The position numbers and the translations under genes were made by a program. This document shows, in pieces, positions 57,403 to 64,000 of a DNA stretch of 64,000 nt (the stretch's first letter is position 1; every line of letters begins with the position of its first letter). The notes under the pieces were generated by a model that was given only the letters and a program-made list of their open reading frames with translations, was not told the origin of the DNA and made no database searches. Source of the DNA: a virus; IMG/VR virus record IMGVR_UViG_3300047369_000650, positions 96,001-160,000 of that record; one strand, given 5' to 3'.

Positions 57403-58779
57403 TTGAACACTAATATAGAACAAGTTGTTCTTAAAAATATTCTTACTAATGAAAAATATATGCGAAAGGTTCTTCCTTTCGTAAAACCCGATTACTTTGA
57501 AGGTGTCTATAAGATGCTATTTAAACAAGCAGGAATGTTTGTTGCAAAGTATAATAAACTTCCAACAGCGGAAGCATTTAAGATTGAAATTGATCAGGCT
57601 GATAACTATAATGACGAACAGTATAGACATGCTGTTGAAATTATTCCTAGTTTATTTGAAGAAGAAGCGTCTGATGAAACTTGGTTAAATGATACTACAG
57701 AAAAATGGTGTCAAGACCGTGCTTTATATAATGCTGTTATGGAATCAATCTCCATCATTGATGGCAAACATCAGAGTTTAACAAAAAATGCTTTACCGGA
57801 TATTCTCACGAAAGCGCTCGGCGTCTCGTTCGACCCCAACATCGGTCACGACTATATTGAAAACTTTGAAGAGCGATTTGAATTCTACCACCGTGACGAA
57901 GAAAGATTACCTTTCGATCTTGACTACTTTAACAAGATTACAAAGGGAGGTATTCCAAACAAAAGTCTTAATGTCTGTCTTGCTGGTACTGGTGTTGGTA
58001 AATCTTTATTTATGTGTCACTGTGCTGCTGCTAATCTAAATCAAGGTAAGAATGTTTTATATCTTACTATGGAGATGGCAGAAGAAAGAATAGCAGAACG
58101 AATTGATGCTAACTTACTTGATATACCAATTGATCAGCTAGAACATCTTAGTAAAGAGATGTTTGCAGAACGAGTCAGGGGTCTTTCATCTAAAACAAAT
58201 GGTAAACTTATTATTAAAGAATATCCGACTGGATCAGCTCACGCTGGTCACTTTCGTGCTTTATTAAATGAGTTAAAATTAAAGAAATCATTTGAACCTG
58301 ATATCATTTATATTGATTATTTGAATATCTGTTCTTCAAGTAGAATGAAAGGAATGGGTGGTGCAATTAACTCATACAACTACATTAAAGCAATTGCTGA
58401 AGAACTACGAGGTCTTGCGGTGGAGTTTGACTTACCGATCGTTACTGCAACGCAGACGACTAGGTCTGGTTATAGTAACTCGGATATTGGGCTTGAAGAT
58501 ACGTCCGAGTCTTTTGGATTACCCGCTACCGCAGACCTCATGTTCGCCCTTATCTCTACAGAAGAACTTGAGGGAATGGGACAACTCGCAGTCAAACAAT
58601 TAAAGAATAGATATAATGATCCTACATATAAGAAGCGGTTTGTGATTGGTATAGATAGATCAAAGATGAGATTATTTGATGCTCATGAAGGCGAGCAAAC
58701 ATTAATAGATGATACTCCAGTATTTGATAAAACAAATAATGGTATAAATGCAAAGAAATTTGAAGGTTTTAAATTATAA
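57403..58779 (+). CDS. gp41: replicative helicase gp41
   Basis: LAGTGVGKS, LEMAEERIAERIDAN, IDYLNIC, TATQTTRSG, QLKNRY. Confidence 0.96.
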   Translation: MNTNIEQVVLKNILTNEKYMRKVLPFVKPDYFEGVYKMLFKQAGMFVAKYNKLPTAEAFKIEIDQADNYNDEQYRHAVEIIPSLFEEEASDETWLNDTTEKWCQDRALYNAVMESISIIDGKHQSLTKNALPDILTKALGVSFDPNIGHDYIENFEERFEFYHRDEERLPFDLDYFNKITKGGIPNKSLNVCLAGTGVGKSLFMCHCAAANLNQGKNVLYLTMEMAEERIAERIDANLLDIPIDQLEHLSKEMFAERVRGLSSKTNGKLIIKEYPTGSAHAGHFRALLNELKLKKSFEPDIIYIDYLNICSSSRMKGMGGAINSYNYIKAIAEELRGLAVEFDLPIVTATQTTRSGYSNSDIGLEDTSESFGLPATADLMFALISTEELEGMGQLAVKQLKNRYNDPTYKKRFVIGIDRSKMRLFDAHEGEQTLIDDTPVFDKTNNGINAKKFEGFKL

Positions 58780-58790
58780 GGAATTAAATC

Positions 58791-59075
58791 ATGGCTAAAA
58801 GTAAAGGCGGAAAATCAAGTGGGAATGTTTCTCAGGGCATTCATTCAAATGTAAGTAAAACTATTCGTAAAGAAATGCGAAGAGATTACCTTAATTCACA
58901 GATGCGAGTATTAAATCAACAAAAGGCTTTACGTCAAGGTAAAGACATTGTTATGACAATTGAAAATCCAAATAAAGCAGAAACAAATAAACCTTTTATT
59001 CGTCAGAGAATTTCTGGTAAATCATACATTGATTATATGAAAAATAAAACCTATGTTATGAAAGAAGTACAATGA
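58791..59075 (+). CDS. basic hypothetical protein
   Basis: 94-aa ORF, TIENPNK.ETNKPFIR. Confidence 0.7.
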   Translation: MAKSKGGKSSGNVSQGIHSNVSKTIRKEMRRDYLNSQMRVLNQQKALRQGKDIVMTIENPNKAETNKPFIRQRISGKSYIDYMKNKTYVMKEVQ

Positions 59076-59245
59076 GCGAGAATACATACTATTGTACAAT
59101 GAAGGGGTTACTACCGGCATTTTTAGTTATAGTTTTTATTATTATCGGCATACCAATTCTTGCACTTATGGCTATGGTCGGGCTTGAAGAGTATGCTCGC
59201 TATTGTAATGTGAGCTGGTTGCCTTGTTTTGGTATTAGCCGATGA
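59072..59245 (+). CDS. 57-aa single-TM protein (not in ORF track)
   Basis: ATGA overlaps at both ends; YCTMKGLLPAFLVIVFIIIGIPILALMAMVGLEEYARYC. Confidence 0.65.
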   Translation: MSENTYYCTMKGLLPAFLVIVFIIIGIPILALMAMVGLEEYARYCNVSWLPCFGISR

Positions 59246-59478
59246 CTGATTATAATAATGATGAATTTAAAGCCTGCTACAATAAAGTTATAAATGCGGT
59301 AAATAGTATGGTAGAAAATAATAATGAACCTTTAATGATTGCAGCCGTTCTTACAACAACAGGATTAAGTTTATATCGGTCTTTATTACCCGAAGAGGAT
59401 TATGATAAAATGCTAGAAGTTATGGTTGAATTTAAAGATGATATTAATTCATATCAACATAGAGGATATTTAAATTGA
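59242..59478 (+). CDS. hypothetical protein
   Basis: 78-aa coupled ORF. Confidence 0.65.
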   Translation: MTDYNNDEFKACYNKVINAVNSMVENNNEPLMIAAVLTTTGLSLYRSLLPEEDYDKMLEVMVEFKDDINSYQHRGYLN

Positions 59479-60164
59479 AAGTTAGATTATTGGCATATAG
59501 CCAACCGATGAAACATGTGCACTCTGGAGAGCCAGGGATTATGGGTTTAGATAATATTCAAGATCTGATTGCATATTGCGCTAGAGTGTCAAATCCCGGC
59601 AACCAAGCCAATACTAAAACAACACCAAAGCTTTTATCATATTTAATTAAACATAAGCATTGGTCTCCATTTGAAATGGCTTCAGCCACAATGGAGATTG
59701 AGACTACAAGAGACATTGCTCGTCAGTTTCTTCGGCATAGATCATTTTCTTTCCAAGAATTTTCACAGAGATATGCAGATCCAAATGATATGGGAGAAGC
59801 ATTTGTTATTCGTGAAGCCAGACTTCAAGACGAAAAGAATCGGCAAAATAGTATAAAGAATGATGATACTGCTCTTGAAGCTTGGTGGCATGCACAACAG
59901 CAGTTTATGATTGATCATACTAAAAGAATTTACAAAGAAGCAAGAGAAAGGGGTATTGCAAAAGAACAAGCAAGAGCCATTTTACCAGAAGGTAATACGG
60001 TTTCTCGTTTATATGCGAATGGTACTATTAGATCATGGATTCATTATATTGAGCTACGTTCAGCAAACGGAACTCAACAAGAACATATGGATCTAGCAAT
60101 AGAAACTGCAAAAGCAATTGCTCAGATTTATCCTTCAGTAGAAAATTTTATTCAAGAGGAGTAG
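59475..60164 (+). CDS. thyX: flavin-dependent thymidylate synthase
   Basis: HWSPFE, RDIARQFLRHRSFSFQEFSQRY, R.ILP, SWIHYIELRS. Confidence 0.95.
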   Translation: MKVRLLAYSQPMKHVHSGEPGIMGLDNIQDLIAYCARVSNPGNQANTKTTPKLLSYLIKHKHWSPFEMASATMEIETTRDIARQFLRHRSFSFQEFSQRYADPNDMGEAFVIREARLQDEKNRQNSIKNDDTALEAWWHAQQQFMIDHTKRIYKEARERGIAKEQARAILPEGNTVSRLYANGTIRSWIHYIELRSANGTQQEHMDLAIETAKAIAQIYPSVENFIQEE

Positions 60165-60168
60165 ACCA

Positions 60169-60387
60169 ATGGGAAGAAAACTTTCAACTTATTATTCGGA
60201 TCACGGAAAGGGTTACTGTGAAATCCATTTTGATTTTAAAGAAGAATATGGTTATATAAAATACTTTGATAATAATGAAAAGTTATTTTTTACTGAAGAT
60301 TATAGAAATAAATCAATGCAATATATAGAAGATGCCGCCGAAAATTGGGCTCTCGGTATTAAACTTCTTGAATCAGAATATCATTGA
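60169..60387 (+). CDS. hypothetical protein
   Basis: GAGGAG RBS; IEDAAENWALG. Confidence 0.75.
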   Translation: MGRKLSTYYSDHGKGYCEIHFDFKEEYGYIKYFDNNEKLFFTEDYRNKSMQYIEDAAENWALGIKLLESEYH

Positions 60388-60392
60388 CACTT

Positions 60393-60560
60393 ATGGCATT
60401 TCAATCTAGTAAAGAAATTATTTGGCATATAACTTGTTCTAGCTGCAAATTTTACTTTACTCTTCCTACTATGGAAGAAAAATATATGATTGATAGAGGT
60501 CAGTTACACTGTCCTGGATGTGGAAAAAAGCAAGGCGTAAAGATAATAAAAAGCGATTAA
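60393..60560 (+). CDS. 55-aa zinc-ribbon protein (not in ORF track)
   Basis: WHITCSSC...LHCPGCG. Confidence 0.7.
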   Translation: MAFQSSKEIIWHITCSSCKFYFTLPTMEEKYMIDRGQLHCPGCGKKQGVKIIKSD

Positions 60561-60561
60561 T

Positions 60562-61233
60562 ATGCATAACACACATGGTTTTGAAGAAGAAGAAAATGAA
60601 CACGATGTCGTAGACAAAGTGTATAGTGATATAAAACCAAGAAAGCAACCCAGTAAATGGGTTGCTAATCTTAAAAATATGTCTGGTGAAAAATATAAAA
60701 TATCTGGTATGTTAGATAGTATAGAATATCAAGCTGCTGAATATATAGAATATCTTGAAAGTTTAGTGAATAAATATCATCTAGCAAATGATGCTTTTAC
60801 AGGAGGTTTACCAGTGGCATATAGAACTAGCGCAAACTTATTTGAATCCGGAGAATTTATAAGTCATGCGGGTTTAAAACTTAATTGGAAGCTTGAGTGC
60901 GATGCCATTAAACCTGAAGAGTGGCACGTACTTGCTAAGATGATAAAAGAATATGAACACCAGCCTTGGCAAAAAGCAGTAGGTATTCCAACTGGTGGTT
61001 GGGCCTTAGGTAATGCACTTGACAAATATTCTACTGGAAATCCTAATGATCCAATTCTTATTGCAGATGATGTATATACAACAGGAACAAGCTTTAAAGA
61101 ATTTGTACAAGCTTCATATTCAGATGTTGCAACTATACAATGGTGTGTATTTGCAAGACAGCCCACAATAGGCAAAGTAAAGGCTCTATTTACTATGCCA
61201 GATAAAGGTAGACACGGATCTATTTGGGAATAG
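60562..61233 (+). CDS. type I phosphoribosyltransferase (orotate PRTase-like) with ~90-aa N-terminal extension
   Basis: GEFISHAGLKL.WK.ECD, GIPTGG, LIADDVYTTGTS PRPP-binding loop. Confidence 0.75.
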   Translation: MHNTHGFEEEENEHDVVDKVYSDIKPRKQPSKWVANLKNMSGEKYKISGMLDSIEYQAAEYIEYLESLVNKYHLANDAFTGGLPVAYRTSANLFESGEFISHAGLKLNWKLECDAIKPEEWHVLAKMIKEYEHQPWQKAVGIPTGGWALGNALDKYSTGNPNDPILIADDVYTTGTSFKEFVQASYSDVATIQWCVFARQPTIGKVKALFTMPDKGRHGSIWE

Positions 61234-61243
61234 GAGATATATT

Positions 61244-61801
61244 ATGAAATATTATAGATTAGAACCATCAGTTAAAAAATCTGTTATTGAATGGCATTCA
61301 TTTAAGAGAAAAGATGCCGACGGTAATACAATTTTTCTCCGTAAAGAATTAGGCTGGAGATACGGAGCATGGTTAATTAGTGTACCAGAGACAGATGAAG
61401 AAATTAAAGAATATCTTTCTGATAAAGGAGATTATGAATCATTTCAGGAATATCTTGTAGACTATTATGGCGAAGATGATATGATTACAGAAGAAACCAA
61501 ATTAGAAGATTATCTGCTTCCTAAAATAGATGAAGACTTTGTTGACATTAGTGAAGATTATGAAGATGCAGAAATGTTAGAAACCTGGGATGGATGTTGG
61601 GAAGACTGGTCACTTATTGGAACCGAACTTGATGAAATATCAGAAGAACAGCAAGAACAATGGATAGAAGATGCTACAGCAGCGTATGATGAAGATTATG
61701 AAGATGGAGTAGAAGGATTAGGTTGGGAATTTATAGACTGCTTCTATGAAATGCATTGTCATCCAGAAATTACACCATGTGATAAAAATGGCAATACTTA
61801 A
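61244..61801 (+). CDS. acidic hypothetical protein
   Basis: AGGAG RBS, 185 aa. Confidence 0.75.
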   Translation: MKYYRLEPSVKKSVIEWHSFKRKDADGNTIFLRKELGWRYGAWLISVPETDEEIKEYLSDKGDYESFQEYLVDYYGEDDMITEETKLEDYLLPKIDEDFVDISEDYEDAEMLETWDGCWEDWSLIGTELDEISEEQQEQWIEDATAAYDEDYEDGVEGLGWEFIDCFYEMHCHPEITPCDKNGNT

Positions 61802-62294
61802 TGTTTTAAAGACTATAGGTCGTAATGAAGAAAGTGACGAATGTTATACTCCAATTAATCAAGTTAAACCTTTATTACAATATCTTGATAATAGTAAAAC
61901 ATATTATGAGCCAACATCTGGAATATCATCTAATATAGTAAAAGCTTTTACCGAAAATGGATATGATATGAAGTCCAGTAACGGTAAAGACTTTTTTGAG
62001 TGTACTGCAGATGATGTATATGATGGTATAGTAACTAACCCACCGTATAGTAAAAAAGATAAATTTATAAAACACTGCTATAATCTTAAAAAACCATTTG
62101 CTTTACTACTTCCCGTATCATCATTTCAAGGTGTAAGAAGGGGTAAACAGTTCATAGAGCACGGTATGTCCGCAATAGTTTATAATCACAGAGTTGATTT
62201 TACTGGTGGTGATAATCCGCATTTTGGCGTTGCATGGTTTGTGCATGGTTTTTTACCACCCAATCAAATATTTTGGGTCGATAATAAATTTTAA
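61788..62294 (+). CDS. putative amino (N6-A/N4-C) DNA methyltransferase
   Basis: SDECYTP, YEPTSG, DFF, IVTNPPYS. Confidence 0.7.
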   Translation: MAILNVLKTIGRNEESDECYTPINQVKPLLQYLDNSKTYYEPTSGISSNIVKAFTENGYDMKSSNGKDFFECTADDVYDGIVTNPPYSKKDKFIKHCYNLKKPFALLLPVSSFQGVRRGKQFIEHGMSAIVYNHRVDFTGGDNPHFGVAWFVHGFLPPNQIFWVDNKF

Positions 62295-62341
62295 AAAAAT
62301 GCATTTTAGGGGTTTACATTCTATCTGAAATATACTATATT
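62293..62341 (+). promoter_or_regulatory. early promoter cassette
   Basis: AAAAAAATGCATTTTAGGGG-TTTACA(62313)-17nt-TATATT(62336), then AGAATCGGA. Confidence 0.8.
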
Positions 62342-62375
62342 AGTAGTATAAAGAGAATCGGATAGGAGATATATT

Positions 62376-62759
62376 ATGGGTACTGCATCAATGATCGGAA
62401 TTTACAATGACGACGGTTCAGTTACTGCGACATACTGCCACTATGATGGCTACCTTTCTTATAATGGCCAGCTTTTAGTTAAGTCATACAACACTCCTGA
62501 AGCTGCAAAAGCAGTTGCAAATGCTGGCTATATTTCAGGCTTAACATCTGACCTTGATCACGATTTAAGAGCAGCGGTTCATAACGACGAACCAAAAGTT
62601 TATAACTCAGTAAAAACTTTTCTGGAGTGTGGCGATAAGCACGCAGGAGCTGATTATCTTTACTTGTTTGATGGAGAAGCGTGGTTTTATACCGACACAT
62701 ATACTCCTCGCAACAAGCGGAGCTTTGAAGAAGTTGAAATGAATTTGGAAACTGTATAA
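62376..62759 (+). CDS. hypothetical early protein
   Basis: MGT.S.IG...YCHYDGY...Y.YLFDGE.W. Confidence 0.75.
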   Translation: MGTASMIGIYNDDGSVTATYCHYDGYLSYNGQLLVKSYNTPEAAKAVANAGYISGLTSDLDHDLRAAVHNDEPKVYNSVKTFLECGDKHAGADYLYLFDGEAWFYTDTYTPRNKRSFEEVEMNLETV

Positions 62760-63316
62760 TGAAACTTCGTAATTTTATATCAGGTGTTCTTAATGGTATT
62801 ACTGCAACGGCTCTTATTGCCGTTGCGGCTACTCAACTATATGCTACCGAAAATAGCTGGAGTCGTAAAGAAATTGTTAGAATTACGCATAATGATGTTT
62901 ATTGTCTTCAACAAAATATTTTCTTTGAAGCAAGAAACCAAACCGTTGAGGGCCAAGTTGCAGTAGCTTGGGTTACACTTAATCGTCTTGATAATGATAT
63001 CTACCCTGATACAATTTGTGGTGTTGTAAAGCAAGCTAAACGTGATTCTTCTGGTAAAGTTATTCGTAATATGTGCCATTTTAGCTGGTACTGTGATGGA
63101 AAGTCTGATCGTATACCTACTAATAAAATATCACAAGCAGCCTGGAAACAAGCTGGTATTGTTGCTCAAGTTGTATTAATGGATAGAATGGCTGGATATA
63201 TATTTAAAGACCCTACATATGGTTCTATAATGTATCACTCAATTAAAGTATCTCCTTATTGGAGAACTGCATATGATCTTGTAACTAAGGTTGATGACCA
63301 TATTTTTTATAAATGA
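62759..63316 (+). CDS. SleB-like cell wall hydrolase (Hydrolase_2)
   Basis: CL..NIFFEARNQ...GQVAVAWVTLNR, YPDTICGVVKQ, FSWYCDGK; N-terminal TM/signal. Confidence 0.9.
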   Translation: MKLRNFISGVLNGITATALIAVAATQLYATENSWSRKEIVRITHNDVYCLQQNIFFEARNQTVEGQVAVAWVTLNRLDNDIYPDTICGVVKQAKRDSSGKVIRNMCHFSWYCDGKSDRIPTNKISQAAWKQAGIVAQVVLMDRMAGYIFKDPTYGSIMYHSIKVSPYWRTAYDLVTKVDDHIFYK

Positions 63317-63323
63317 GGAAAGA

Positions 63324-63608
63324 ATGAAAAATAAAATTGACTATCGTTTTGACGAAGAAAAATATATTACGGAATTTAAAGAGTATGTAGATGCTACCTA
63401 TAATCAGCACTATTCTCAAAATAAATTCCAATCAACTGAAGTAATTATGGATCGTGGTCATGGTACTGGTTTCTGTATGGGGAATGTAGATAAATATTCC
63501 AATAGATATGGTAAGAAAGGTACTGCAGCAGATGCTCGTAAGGACCTTATGAAAGTATTACACTATGCTCTATTACAACTATATGTGCATGACAATGAAC
63601 TTGGATAA
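63324..63608 (+). CDS. DUF3310-like conserved phage protein
   Basis: TYNQHY, GFCMGNVDKY..RYGKKG, DLMKVLHYA. Confidence 0.75.
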   Translation: MKNKIDYRFDEEKYITEFKEYVDATYNQHYSQNKFQSTEVIMDRGHGTGFCMGNVDKYSNRYGKKGTAADARKDLMKVLHYALLQLYVHDNELG

Positions 63609-63924
63609 TTACGCAGCTCAGATCTTTGATGATAATAAAAACATGATGGTACCTTGGTATCTCATGGCATCATATGCTTACTATAAAGAAGATGATCCTA
63701 TATTAAGTGATGCACTATTTGATGATATGGGTAAAAAACTCCTAGAAAACTGGGATAACATTACGCATTTGCATAAAGAATATATCACCAAAGATGAGCT
63801 AGTTGCTGGTAGCTTTTTAGGTAAATATCCTAGTAGAATACCCGACTCTTTAAGAGAATTAAGAAAAGTTGATCCTAATACTAAAATTGAAAAAAAAGAA
63901 GTGACATTGGAAGATTTTTTCTAA
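63589..63924 (+). CDS. stand-alone NAD-dependent ligase subdomain Ia-like protein with C-terminal clamp-type motif
   Basis: YAYYKEDDPILSDALFD; ends TLEDFF. Confidence 0.6.
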   Translation: MTMNLDNYAAQIFDDNKNMMVPWYLMASYAYYKEDDPILSDALFDDMGKKLLENWDNITHLHKEYITKDELVAGSFLGKYPSRIPDSLRELRKVDPNTKIEKKEVTLEDFF

Positions 63925-64000
63925 TATGAAACAAGAAATTTTTAAACATAATAGTACAAATTTTCTTCGTAATAAAAGAAGAAATGAACTTATTAGAAAG

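Noticed and set aside
488-63079. Many short track ORFs nested in or antisense to core genes (e.g. 488-682, 13434-13631, 14726-15022, 24293-24664, 34538-34900, 47574-47876, 60864-61175)
   Set aside because: They overlap well-supported genes and lack RBS/promoter or motifs; they read as shadow frames of AT-rich codon bias.
1-64000. CRISPR array, IS element, integrase, group I intron or intein
   Set aside because: No regularly spaced direct repeats or transposase/integrase motifs were seen. gp17, gp41, gp43, gp46 and thyX are uninterrupted and of normal length.
63926-64000. ORF starting at the right edge
   Set aside because: Too little sequence to support any call.

Overview
This AT-rich window is the core of a T4-like (Tevenvirinae/Kyanoviridae-type) myophage genome, with almost all genes on the + strand. 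It starts at the end of a tRNA cluster and a short accessory region. The virion block follows (gp13-gp20), with a ~7.2 kb pair of fibre/adhesin genes inserted before gp67/68-21-22-23. Next comes the recombination/replication block: gp3, uvsY, uvsW, gp55, gp47, gp46, gp45, gp44, dexA, gp62, regA, hsp20, gp43, uvsX, gp41 and thyX. Host-type genes (DUF1127, BMP binding protein, pseudoazurin, aa3 CoxIV-like, DoxX, ROSE-like leader) point to a marine alphaproteobacterial, probably Rhodobacteraceae, host; this is inference. Five things stand out. (1) A gp43-uvsX island combines nucleotide-sugar/uronic-acid enzymes, two TAGT/GREB1-like glycosyltransferases (one ending in a gp45 sliding-clamp-type motif) and a DenA-like nuclease, suggesting replication-coupled DNA glycosylation. 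(2) A periplasmic/respiratory auxiliary module (pseudoazurin, CoxIV-like, DoxX) lies beside an orphan BMP binding protein. (3) A shortened ATP-dependent PEP carboxykinase sits between gp46 and gp45. (4) A structured ncRNA candidate lies next to the tRNAs. (5) Three promoter classes are visible, including a repeated early-promoter cassette and an antisense promoter. All product calls come from motif recognition and T4-like synteny; no database search was run.
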